From Nitrosopumilus sp. (GTDB lineage Archaea > Thermoproteota > Nitrososphaeria > Nitrososphaerales > Nitrosopumilaceae): a stretch of DNA of 64,000 bases. The notes under the pieces were generated by a model that saw nothing but the letters and a program-made list of their open reading frames with translations, was not told the origin of the DNA and made no database searches. Positions 1 to 9,048 of this stretch are shown here, one piece after another (the first letter of the stretch is position 1; every line of letters begins with the position of its first letter). The DNA is taken from the NCBI GenBank assembly GCA_965219345.1, contig OZ244732.1:1728001-1792000 (forward strand), written 5' to 3'. A program made the position numbers and the translations under genes.

Positions 1-678
1 TACCAGATAATGAAGTCCAACGGCCTAGTCATCGACTCCCCGGCAAAGTCGAGGAAGCGCAAGTGGGTCAGGTACGAGCGCCTGTACTCGAATGCCATGT
101 GGCATACTGACTGGCATGTGATGAAGGATCCGCGCATGAAGGATCTGAACCTGATCACGTATCTTGATGATGCCTCCAGGTGCGTTACGGGCGCGGCATT
201 GTTCAAGGAGGCCACCTCAGAGAACGCGGTGGCGGTGCTCCGGCAGGCAGTCGGCAGGTTCGACGTGCCGGCGACCATCCTGTCCGACAACGGCTCGTGC
301 TTCGTCGGCAGGGGCGGCCGCAAGAGGCAGACAGGCACCTGGACTCCGACCCTCTTTGAGAACGAGCTGCTGGACCACAACATAGGGCTGATCAATTCAA
401 GACCGTATCACCCGCAGACCAACGGAAAACTGGAGAGGTTCCACAGGAGCATCGAGGAGGAAATATGGCACTATGACGGGCTGGACGACTATGTCGAGTA
501 CTACAACACGGACAGGCTGCACTTTTCACTGGACATCGACAACTACGAGACGCCGCTGATGGCGTTCCGCAACAAGAGGGCTACCGACGAGATAAGACAG
601 CAGAATTCCAGATGGATGGAGGCAGATATCAATGACTGACGACCCAGACAGGGGGCGACATGATTTTCATATATTACA
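1..678 (+). mobile_element. IS481-family insertion sequence, right part (left end outside the window)
   Basis: GC-rich segment encoding an integrase-core transposase; it ends in ...GATTTTCATATATTACA (TGT/ACA terminus typical of IS481), followed by an abrupt shift to AT-rich DNA. Confidence 0.75.
10..639 (+). CDS. IS481-family DDE transposase (5'-truncated by window edge)
   Basis: WHTDW ... DDASR ... SDNGSCF ... PYHPQTNGKLERFH ... YNTDRLHFSL rve motifs. Confidence 0.85.
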   Translation: MKSNGLVIDSPAKSRKRKWVRYERLYSNAMWHTDWHVMKDPRMKDLNLITYLDDASRCVTGAALFKEATSENAVAVLRQAVGRFDVPATILSDNGSCFVGRGGRKRQTGTWTPTLFENELLDHNIGLINSRPYHPQTNGKLERFHRSIEEEIWHYDGLDDYVEYYNTDRLHFSLDIDNYETPLMAFRNKRATDEIRQQNSRWMEADIND

Positions 679-886
679 ATCCGTTAATTGCCTGAAAATA
701 TGTGCAGTTTGGATTAGGACATATTCTTGCCGGTCATGATTTCTATATGAAAGAATACAACAGGTACACTGTTAGCGAATTACTTTGCATGTACAAACAA
801 TTTGAAAACGATGTAACATTTCAAGGATTCAAACGATAACACTTTCATGTCTTTAAAGCACATTTAGCAGGGAGTAAACTGTCGAG

Positions 887-1069
887 TCACAGAGTGTTTT
901 CCAAATCTTCTTTTGTTGTCTTTTTATCCTTGTCTGTGATTTTAATTGAGCCCTTTGGCTCAATCATGTAGGCCAGTGGATTTTCGTCACAATCATACAA
1001 TTCCAAAACATCTGAATCTTTGGACTCCATGTATTTTATATGGTTATTCTCCGTTAAATTGGTTTTCAT
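887..1069 (-). CDS. small acidic hypothetical protein
   Basis: 60-aa ORF; removing the 1074-4317 insertion makes its ATG overlap (ATGA) the stop of the 4318-5235 gene. Confidence 0.5.
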   Translation of the reverse strand: MKTNLTENNHIKYMESKDSDVLELYDCDENPLAYMIEPKGSIKITDKDKKTTKEDLENTL

Positions 1070-1154
1070 ATCAGGTTCTGCTAACTTGTCGAGACCCGGA
1101 ATGTGGATCTTCTCTGAAATGTTATGAGAATCAATGCCTAATGAGAGATATGAT

Positions 1155-1370
1155 TCAGACAGGCCAATTCAAGACATATTCGCTTATGTCTATGTCATTT
1201 TGCCTGCCGCATTTCAGGCGGTCTTTTTGGTCGTCAACATAGAGATCAACAGTGTTTTTTCCCTTGTTTTCTAGTATGAACTTGCGTAGAAAAGACGAGG
1301 GGATAATGTATGGCTTGGTTCTTTGTAGCAGGAGATACAGTTCATCATTTCCAGATTCGAACATTCTCAT
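1155..1370 (-). pseudogene. 3' remnant of a gene downstream of the methyltransferase (possibly the cognate restriction endonuclease)
   Basis: 71-aa ORF just past an 80-bp mini-element with no target duplication; identity inferred from position only. Confidence 0.3.
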
Positions 1371-1399
1371 AAGATCGTCACGTGCCGTTATCTACCATC

Positions 1400-1479
1400 G
1401 GTACTGTTAACTTTTGAGGATCCGAGATGCCAAATTGAGCGTGTCATCTGGCAAAAGACTCTCTATTGTTAACAGTACC
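1400..1479. mobile_element. 80-bp MITE-like element with IS6-type ends
   Basis: Perfect 12-bp inverted repeat GGTACTGTTAAC (1400-1411) / GTTAACAGTACC (1468-1479). Confidence 0.65.
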
Positions 1480-2269
1480 GCACCTGCTGCACAGAACTGA
1501 CTCTTTTTCTAGCTATCTTGGCATACTGGGATGACACATCGCATCCGATAAATTCTCTGCCGTGTATAGCAGCCATCTTGCATGTGGTTCCGGAACCACA
1601 CATGGGATCAAACACAAAATCTCCTTTATTACTCCATGACAAAATATGATCCTCTGCAAGTTTTTCTGGAAAAATGGCTGGATGCTCAAATGCATACCTG
1701 TCGTTTGTCGTTCCACTAACCCTACAGCATACTCCCAGATGTTGGTCTTTGTCTTGTATTCATTGAGCTTGGCCTTGACCTTGCGGTTTACTGCATCTGG
1801 CCCCTTGTTGTATACCACGCCTTCCACGCCATTCCTAACAGTTTTTTCCGTTAACGGGTTGAATGTCACCGGCTTTCCCTTTGCCAGAATAAACATGAAC
1901 TCGTAGCAGTTTGTGTATGCGTTGCTCCGCATGAACGGCGTGTTCTTCTTGCGGTAGATCATCACGTCGTGTATGGTGAACCCTATCTGTTTGAAATAAA
2001 GTGCCTGATCAAAGCTGGTGAGGCTACGACCGCCGTTAATCCTGTCGCCTACAACCCATATTACGATCCCCCCGAGTCACTTCATAGAGTGACTTGGCGG
2101 TATTCTCAAAATCAAAAACATAGCCTTCATAGTTTCTGAGATTGTCATACGGTGGAGATGTTACAGTAAGGTCAACAGAACCGGGCTTGATTCTGTCTCG
2201 CATGAACTTTACGCAGTCGGCAGTGTATATTTTGTTTTTTTCTGCATACTTAGTTTTTATGCGATTCAT
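1469..2269 (-). pseudogene. beta-class N4-cytosine/N6-adenine DNA methyltransferase, frameshifted
   Basis: VDLTVTSPPY (motif IV), then HPAIFPEKL and FDPMCGSGTT (motif I) in a different frame; frameshifts near 2070 and 1716; stop supplied by the MITE end. Confidence 0.85.
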
Positions 2270-2439
2270 TCCTTCTCGCCTGCGGTTACGAGTATCTTGT
2301 TCTTGGTTATAGTAAATTTCAGAGCAGAGGGCATCCCAAGTTTTTCTACTACTGGTTTTGGGATCTTGCAGCCATGCGTTCCGGCGGTGGGATTCAGCGA
2401 AACCACAAATTCTGTTGCGTCCTGTTTCCATTTTGGCAT
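2266..2439 (-). CDS. AbrB/SpoVT-like swapped-hairpin DNA-binding protein (57 aa, not in the ORF track)
   Basis: MPKWKQDATEFVVSLNPTAGTHGCKIPKPVVEKLGMPSALKFTITKNKILVTAGEKE; IPKxVxExLG pattern; stop overlaps the methyltransferase ATG (ATGA). Confidence 0.65.
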   Translation of the reverse strand: MPKWKQDATEFVVSLNPTAGTHGCKIPKPVVEKLGMPSALKFTITKNKILVTAGEKE

Positions 2440-2478
2440 TAGTGGGGATAGTAAACAGCCGTTAAATAAGTATTACTG

Positions 2479-2520
2479 TATCAGTCTGATAATAGAAAGC
2501 ATTATATTATCAGACTGATA
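2479..2520. promoter_or_regulatory. twin palindromic operator flanking a BRE/TATA-like promoter
   Basis: TATCAGTCTGATAATA-N10-TATTATCAGACTGATA is a perfect 16-bp inverted repeat; each arm contains the palindrome TATCAGWCTGATA; GAAAGC+ATTATAT lies about 28 bp upstream of the tRNA. Confidence 0.7.
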
Positions 2521-2532
2521 TAGTATATGTAT

Positions 2533-2618
2533 GGCAGGATTGCTTAGCAAGGTTAAAGCGACAGATTCAGAATCTGTGTCTCTCGCCGAGATCGTGGGTT
2601 CAAGTCCCACTCCTGCCG
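2533..2618 (+). tRNA. type II tRNA with anticodon CAG (nominally Leu), atypical identity elements
   Basis: Acceptor GGCAGGA/TCCTGCC; D-arm GCT..GG..AGC; anticodon stem ACAGA/TCTGT with loop TTCAGAA (CAG at 2568-2570); long variable arm; T-arm GTGGG-TTCAAGT-CCCAC; discriminator G. Confidence 0.85.
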
Positions 2619-2667
2619 CACATGTCATTTCTTTTCATTCTATATTAATTTTCGAGGGGAATTACGC

Positions 2668-3789
2668 ATGAATCCCAGACAACAGCGTGCAAAGACCATG
2701 ATGGAAACACAAGGCTACTGCTCCCAAATCAACCACGATTCCTTCAAGGTACGTTCCCAGACAAACCCAGAGAATCACTATATCGTATCAAAAACAGACA
2801 ACGGCCTTGTCTGTGAGTGTCCAGACCACGAGACACGAAACGCAGACTGCAAGCACATCAAGATTGTGCTGGATGTTATCAGGCGTAATGGCTGTTATCG
2901 TAACAACACTTTCCGCATCATGGAACGTGCCAAGCTGAGACTCTGCAAGTATTGCGATTCAGGCAACATCACCAAAAAGGGAACCAGAAAGACCAAGAAA
3001 GGTGATGTCCAGATATTCAAGTGCAAGGACTGCACGAGAAGATTTACAGCAAACTTTGGATTCAAGAAGATACGGTTTGATGAGAATGTGATTACCGGAG
3101 CCATGCAAATGTATTATTCGGGAATGTCTACCCGTGACATCGCAAACCACTACGAAATGATGGGAATTGACGTGTCCGATGTTGCAGTTTTCAAGTGGAT
3201 TGACAAGTATTCCAAAATGACAGCAAAGTACCTTAATGGAATCGTACCCAGAGTCGGCGGCTGGTTCCGTGCAGATGAGGTATGGGTGAAGATCAACGGG
3301 AAGCAATGCTATCTTTTTGCAAACATGGACGATGATACGAGATATTGGTTGGCTTCCGACCTAGCAGACAACAAGTTCCAGCACAATGCCAACAATCTAT
3401 TGAGAATGACAAAACAGCAGTCCGGCAAGTCACCACGAAACTTCATCACTGACGGGCTTCCGGCCTATGCCAAATCATCAAAGAGGGTGTTTGGCAAGAA
3501 AACCAACCACGTAAAGCACATCCACCTGGCAGGCAAAAGAGACAAGGACAACAATAACAAAATGGAGAGGTTGAACGGTGAGATTAGAGACCGTGAGAAG
3601 GTGTTTCGTGGTCTAAAGAAGATGGACACCGGAATACTTGACGGAATGCGAGTCTATTACAACTACACGAAAAAACACGGTGCATTGAAGGGTCAGACTC
3701 CGGCAGAGGCTTCAATGATTGAGGTTGATGGCATAAACAAATGGAAAACCATCATTCAGAATGCAAGTCTGAGTAAGGACTCTGAATAG
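2668..3789 (+). CDS. IS6-like DDE transposase with N-terminal SWIM finger and zinc ribbon
   Basis: CECPDH..CKH (SWIM), CKYC..CKDC ribbon, HTH GMSTRDIA, catalytic ADE / TDGLPAY / NNKMERLNG, YNY..KHGAL..TPAE. Confidence 0.9.
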   Translation: MNPRQQRAKTMMETQGYCSQINHDSFKVRSQTNPENHYIVSKTDNGLVCECPDHETRNADCKHIKIVLDVIRRNGCYRNNTFRIMERAKLRLCKYCDSGNITKKGTRKTKKGDVQIFKCKDCTRRFTANFGFKKIRFDENVITGAMQMYYSGMSTRDIANHYEMMGIDVSDVAVFKWIDKYSKMTAKYLNGIVPRVGGWFRADEVWVKINGKQCYLFANMDDDTRYWLASDLADNKFQHNANNLLRMTKQQSGKSPRNFITDGLPAYAKSSKRVFGKKTNHVKHIHLAGKRDKDNNNKMERLNGEIRDREKVFRGLKKMDTGILDGMRVYYNYTKKHGALKGQTPAEASMIEVDGINKWKTIIQNASLSKDSE

Positions 3790-3861
3790 GCATAGTGTAA
3801 TATACAGTACCATACAGTATCATATTTTTCTTTTGCAATGGTTTTTTAACAGGTTGATGCA

Positions 3862-4257
3862 GTGTTATGTCATGAAAATACAGACGGTAAAAAAAGGATT
3901 TGGGAGACGCCAAGAAGGCGAAGATGTGATTGTATGCACGTATCCAAATGCCGACATTGCCGTGAAGGCGCTTTTGAAATCACTGGAAGATTGACATACA
4001 AGATATCACTCTCCCGCCTTTACAAAGAACAGATAGCACATATCAAAGAATTTGATACCATATTGAACTCAAGAAAAGTAGCACAAAATATCAAGAAAAC
4101 CGTCAAGGATTTGGAAAAAATGCAAAGATCAAGAATTGATATTGAGACTACTAGGATCAGGTCTCAGGTTGAAGGCACTTCCTATGTCGTTGTCTACAAA
4201 GTACAAAACAGCCCCAATCAAAAGCTAATTGCAAAAAGAATCATCAAGTGTAAATAA
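3862..4257 (+). CDS. transposon passenger, possible RelE/ParE-fold protein
   Basis: YKISLS-helix-helix-..RSQVEGTSYVVVYKV..IAKRII matches the RelE/ParE layout by eye; start uncertain. Confidence 0.4.
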   Translation: MLCHENTDGKKRIWETPRRRRCDCMHVSKCRHCREGAFEITGRLTYKISLSRLYKEQIAHIKEFDTILNSRKVAQNIKKTVKDLEKMQRSRIDIETTRIRSQVEGTSYVVVYKVQNSPNQKLIAKRIIKCK

Positions 4258-4317
4258 AACTAATGCCTCTATTCCAGAGAAGATTCACATTCCTGGTCTC
4301 GACAAGTTAGCAGAACC

Positions 4318-5235
4318 TCATATCAGAATCAAGATTCCCATTACAACTGGTATCAGATATCTTATTACATAACGAGCGCGTATGGATTGGTTGCTGGTCA
4401 GCTGGGGTAGCAACAATGATCCGCCTATGATAAACAATCCCATCTCTATCTGTTTGGCAAATATGCCTGTATCAGGAGGATTGCCCAGGTATATTCCATA
4501 TTTGAATATTAGAATAAGCGATGATATTACAATGAGTGTGTAAAGACCAAACTTTGTAGGGGCGGCAGAGGTGGAAGCAGGCTTGAACGAATATGAAATT
4601 TCAAAACTATTTTCGTGGCCGGATGTTATTCTAAACAAAGTAGAGTTGTATGTTTTGAATTTCTGTACATAACTTGGCTGTTGATGACTCTGCTCTACTT
4701 CATTGCCTTCAATTGTGCCATATTTTGTTTGTGCAAAATCAAATTCATTGGGTGTAAATAAAGTGCAATACAAAGGATAGGGCTGCTTTTTTATTGTCAT
4801 TTTCAAAACAGATTTTGAGTGTTTTGTGTGATGTGGGGAATAATTCAAGGTAAATGTTCGAATCTCGTTTTTATTCAATGCTTTGTTTTTTGGGATTTTA
4901 ATCCATATCATGTGTAATTTCTCCAAATCTATCTTCGAATGTAGTGTTTCCAGCTTTTCTCGTATCTCTCCAGAATCTGTGTTAATGAAATGTAAAATTA
5001 ATTTTTTAGCATCTTTTGTTGCCATTACTGGCAAAATAGAACCTTCCTCATCTTGAACTAGTAGGTTTGGCAAGAAATCATCTGATAAAATGATGATGTT
5101 TGTCAGTTTCGCTCTCTTTGATCTTATCGTGTATTCGTTTGTTACACTTCTCTGTTCTTTATGTTAGTGTGAAATAAACAGCCTCTGCCGCAAGATTTCT
5201 ATCATGGAATCTACTTGCATCTCAAAGTAATCCAT
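4318..5235 (-). pseudogene. membrane-anchored hypothetical protein with an in-frame stop
   Basis: ATG at 5235 is in frame with ORF 4318-5073, with a single TAA at 5164-5166; three C-terminal hydrophobic helices. Confidence 0.55.
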
Positions 5236-5406
5236 ATGCAGATCATTTTATTCCCACGGTTTAGAGAAAATATGATTCTCGCTCAAAAATGTTGAGCTAT
5301 GGAAAGGCGATCATTGGGGTCAATAGATCGCTCAAATTTTGAAGAACATTTTGAATGAAATGACGAAATGTTGAAAATCTTAAGGCATTGCTTGTAAATT
5401 CAAATC

Positions 5407-6894
5407 TTGAATCTGTACAAATCAGCAGATTATGTCACAAAAATCGGCGAGAATAGCCTTGATTTTTATGCAGACGAGAGGTGGCAGAAGGTCAAGAAAG
5501 CTGTAGCAGGGCACTCGTTTTTCCACTGGGACCTGGAGTTTCCTGACATATTTTACGATGAAGATGGGAAGCGAAAGAAGAATCCTGGGTTTGACGGGGT
5601 TGTTGGGAATCCTCCTTATGTTAGACAAGAAACATTGAAAGCTAAAGCACAGATGTAATTGCCACAAAATTCTAATTTGAGAATATCTAAAAATTTTATA
5701 ATTAATAGTAAATCAGATTTGAGTTGTTATTTCCATGGTCATAGATTACATCTATTAAAAAATAAAAAAATCCTTGGATTTATTTCTAATGATTCTTGGT
5801 TACATATGAGATATGGCAAAAATATTCGTCTGTTGTTTTTAGATAATACTAGCGTATTAGAAATAATTAAACCAACTTATAATATTTTTAAAGATGCAGA
5901 TACACCAACTGCAATATTATTACTTCAAAAACAACAAACAGAAGATCATACTGTATTATTTAAAACTGTGAATAAGGAGGGCTTTGAGAGTGGTAAATTT
6001 ACTATTATTGCAAAACCACAAAAGGAGATACTAACTGATAATTGGAATAATTATTTTTCAAATACAGAATTTATACCAAAAATTAAGATGGTAAACATGT
6101 TTGATGTTGGAATTATCAAGGGAGGTCAGAAAACAGGATGTAATGATTTTTTTGTCTTAACTAAAGATATGATTAAAAAATATGAAATTGCCGAAGAGTA
6201 TAGAAAATCCATAATATCAAATGATATTCATGAAGGATTATTGACAGACTATGTTGTTTCTGAATATCTACTTGATGTTAATGATTCAAAAGGAGAATTA
6301 GTAAGAAGTAAAAATGGGAAAAAAGTCTTAAAATATATAGAATATGGTGAGGAAACAGAAATTATTCCTCAAAAAGGTAAAAATGTCAAACCTTGTTTAA
6401 TTTCAGAATTATCAAGTGTTACGAATCGCAATATGTGGTATTCTCTTGGATTGCAAAATCCCCCATCTATATTTCTTAGTCAAATTATAGATAAACGATT
6501 GAAAGTGTATGAGAATAATGATGAATTTTACTCATTAGATGTTTTCGCTTATTTTACACCAAATAATAAAAATCACATACATGCATTCTTAGCTTATCTT
6601 GCATCATCCTGGTTTTTACTATACATGGAACAAAACGGTCACTCTATGGGAGGAGGTGCCTTGAAATTTCAAATTTATGACTACAAAAATTCTCCTGTTC
6701 CAGATTTTAATGAAATGGGGGAGAAAAATATTCATCGAATGGAGATGGCATGGTTATTTTATAGAGAAAATTTTAATAGAAAAAAACTGGATAATATTGT
6801 ATTTCCGATATTAGGATTTAATGAAAATGAAAAAAATATTATTTTGGATAAATTAGAATCTAAAACTAATTCTAGAAAGAACAGGAAAAATTAA
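5407..6894 (+). pseudogene. type IIG/Eco57I-like adenine methyltransferase, C-terminal part (motif IV + TRD), 5'-truncated with an internal stop
   Basis: FFHWDLEFP..GFDGVVGNPPYVRQE, in-frame TAA at 5656-5658, then DL..YF, GFISNDSWL, IFKDA, GQKTGCNDFF, MGGGALK. Confidence 0.8.
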
Positions 6895-6929
6895 TACACA
6901 TAAAAAAATACTATATTGCTGAAGAATTA

Positions 6930-8453
6930 ATGATTAAATGGGAATCCATGCCTACAAATTCGAAACAAGCTTTAGAGATGGAAGCCAAAACATACAAGTA
7001 TCCTACTCACATAACACTGATTCAAGAAATTATTGCAAATGCACAAGATGCGTTTAGAGAATACAATACACAAGATCCTACAATAAATATCTCTTTTCAG
7101 AAGCATAAAAACAAGAAATTTATTATATTTCACAATAACTCAAAACCTATTCCGGAAAGTTTTTTTAAAAAGAAATATTCAACTCTTTATCAATCTTCCA
7201 AGAATATTGGCGAAGCAATAGGATTTGTTGGTATTGGTGCCAAAATCTTTCTTCCATCACATAAAGATGCAGAAATAATTACAATAACAGGGAATATAAA
7301 GAAAATTGCATCCAAGTGGATATGTACTAACAAGGGACCACAATACATCACAAGCCTACAAAATTCTCTTTCGGATGTAGTAGACATGAATGAATTTTAT
7401 CATAAAAATGGAACTACGTTTATTTGTAGATTATCAGATGAACAGTATTTAGAATTAACATCAAAGATAAGCAAGATCATACATTTTTGGTGGAATCCTG
7501 CATTGATTGCAAACTTGTTTACTATTAAAATACATAGAAAGATAATAACATCTGAATTTCCAAGTAAAATAAAACAATCCATCAAATCATTTTCTATACG
7601 TGGAGAGAAACTAAACTGTAATTTTTTCATATCTGATGATGAATTAGATGATGATTATCAAAATATTATATACACAGTACATGGAAAAAGAATTGAAAAT
7701 GACAAATTAGAAACTGCATTGACAGTAAAAGAAAATTATGGAAAAAGAATTTTTTGTTATGTTGATGTATCAATGTTGGCAAAATATGTTCTTAAAAGCA
7801 AAGAAGGATTTGAAAAACACAAATATGTCACAAATATAAAAAATAAAATTCATCAAAGATTTTGGGATTTTGTTAAAGAAAAAGAACTATACAAAGATCG
7901 AACAAAAACTATTACTAAAAATGTGGAATTAGAAACTCTTGTGGATAAACTAAACCTGATGTTACAAAACCAAAAATTCAAAGATCTAAACCCATTTCTT
8001 ACAAAAAAACTACGTAAGACAATCATTCCTACAAATGGCGGAGATGAACCAATTACGGAGGTCGAAGGCACTCAACAAACAGATGAATCAGGAAATGGGG
8101 ACGATCCTAGTACCGCATATGGGGATAATGCTGGAATTGGTTTCGTATCAGATGATAAAGGAAAAAAATTAGGAGAAAGAAAAATGAAGCAGACTCGTGG
8201 GCTCAGTATAAGTGAGATTGAGCATGATGAAACAGAAAAAATGGAGGCGTATGTAAGTGAAAGCGATAATGCAGTAATAATAAACACAGGTCATCCATTT
8301 TATAAAAAGATCGAAGGTAGACTTATGAGTGAATATCACAAATACAAAATTGTGATAGAGGCATTAGTTCGATATAAGGCCGAATCCGAAGGATGGAATA
8401 CAGATATGTCTCTAGATAAAGCCCGAGATCTCTTACATTCAACATATGATTGA
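6930..8453 (+). CDS. GHKL (MORC/Hsp90-like) ATPase
   Basis: N-box LIQEIIANAQDA, G2 IGFVGIGAK, G3 NGTT; G1 box degenerate (HNNSKPI); C-terminal INTGHPFY. Confidence 0.75.
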   Translation: MIKWESMPTNSKQALEMEAKTYKYPTHITLIQEIIANAQDAFREYNTQDPTINISFQKHKNKKFIIFHNNSKPIPESFFKKKYSTLYQSSKNIGEAIGFVGIGAKIFLPSHKDAEIITITGNIKKIASKWICTNKGPQYITSLQNSLSDVVDMNEFYHKNGTTFICRLSDEQYLELTSKISKIIHFWWNPALIANLFTIKIHRKIITSEFPSKIKQSIKSFSIRGEKLNCNFFISDDELDDDYQNIIYTVHGKRIENDKLETALTVKENYGKRIFCYVDVSMLAKYVLKSKEGFEKHKYVTNIKNKIHQRFWDFVKEKELYKDRTKTITKNVELETLVDKLNLMLQNQKFKDLNPFLTKKLRKTIIPTNGGDEPITEVEGTQQTDESGNGDDPSTAYGDNAGIGFVSDDKGKKLGERKMKQTRGLSISEIEHDETEKMEAYVSESDNAVIINTGHPFYKKIEGRLMSEYHKYKIVIEALVRYKAESEGWNTDMSLDKARDLLHSTYD

Positions 8454-9039
8454 CATGAAAAAGATACCTGTTAGAATAATTAAGGTAACTTCGCCTAGTG
8501 GCGATACAAAGATTGGCATAATGTTAGATTCTAATCATTATTTTACAATGAAAGAAGATACGAGAACTACTATTAAAAATCTTGAAAAGGAATACTTTGA
8601 AGTAGTAAGAAAAGCAGAGAAATTATTTTACAAAGATGGCAACAAAAGTAAGCGTCAGAATTTACCAAGTACAATATTCTGGCAATTAGGCAATATGTTA
8701 CGTAGATTTTATAATAAAGCATCTCACAAATTTTTTATTACTAATTACGCTAGTGCGTTACAACGTGATTTTGGACTTACAGAACCTTATCTAAGAGAGA
8801 TAATCATATTTTCAAAAGAATTCAGTCTAAAAGATATTTCAGACGATATTTCAATGGCAGTATACCGAGCTCTTGTATGGAAAAGAAACCAGCTTGATAA
8901 TTTGGGGTTACTTGAGCAAGAAAAGCAGAAATTAATCAAACGTGGCACGACAAAGGAGTTCATTGGACGTGAGAATTACAAAAGAGAGTTAAAGGAATTA
9001 ATCGCACAGCGTTTACAAAGTAAAAATCCATCAAAGTAA
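8446..9039 (+). CDS. hypothetical protein resembling the DUF1016/YhcG N-terminal domain
   Basis: FWQLGNML..LQRDFGLT..YLREIIIFSKEF..ISMAVYRALV pattern; overlaps the ATPase stop. Confidence 0.45.
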   Translation: MIDMKKIPVRIIKVTSPSGDTKIGIMLDSNHYFTMKEDTRTTIKNLEKEYFEVVRKAEKLFYKDGNKSKRQNLPSTIFWQLGNMLRRFYNKASHKFFITNYASALQRDFGLTEPYLREIIIFSKEFSLKDISDDISMAVYRALVWKRNQLDNLGLLEQEKQKLIKRGTTKEFIGRENYKRELKELIAQRLQSKNPSK

Positions 9040-9048
9040 TATCTAATC

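Larger units (their letters stand above)
1074..4317. mobile_element. IS6-like cargo transposon (3,244 bp) carrying a tRNA
   Basis: 47-bp terminal inverted repeats at 1074-1120 and 4271-4317 (GGTTCTGCTAACTTGTCGAGACC..., 44/47 identical); perfect 8-bp flanking direct repeat TCATATCA at 1066-1073 and 4318-4325; internal DDE transposase. Confidence 0.93.

Noticed and set aside
679-839. Open-looking stretch after the IS481 end
   Set aside because: Contains a stop, has no recognisable motif, and cannot be assigned
2036-2431. 131-aa ORF as one protein
   Set aside because: The first part is an off-frame reading of the AbrB-like gene; the MTase starts at 2269
2533-2618. tRNA-Sec or UGA suppressor reading (TCA inside the loop, G73, long arm)
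   Set aside because: The 5-bp stem fixes a 7-nt loop with CAG at 34-36, so TCA is off-register; the fold is 7/5, not 9/4, and the D-stem is short
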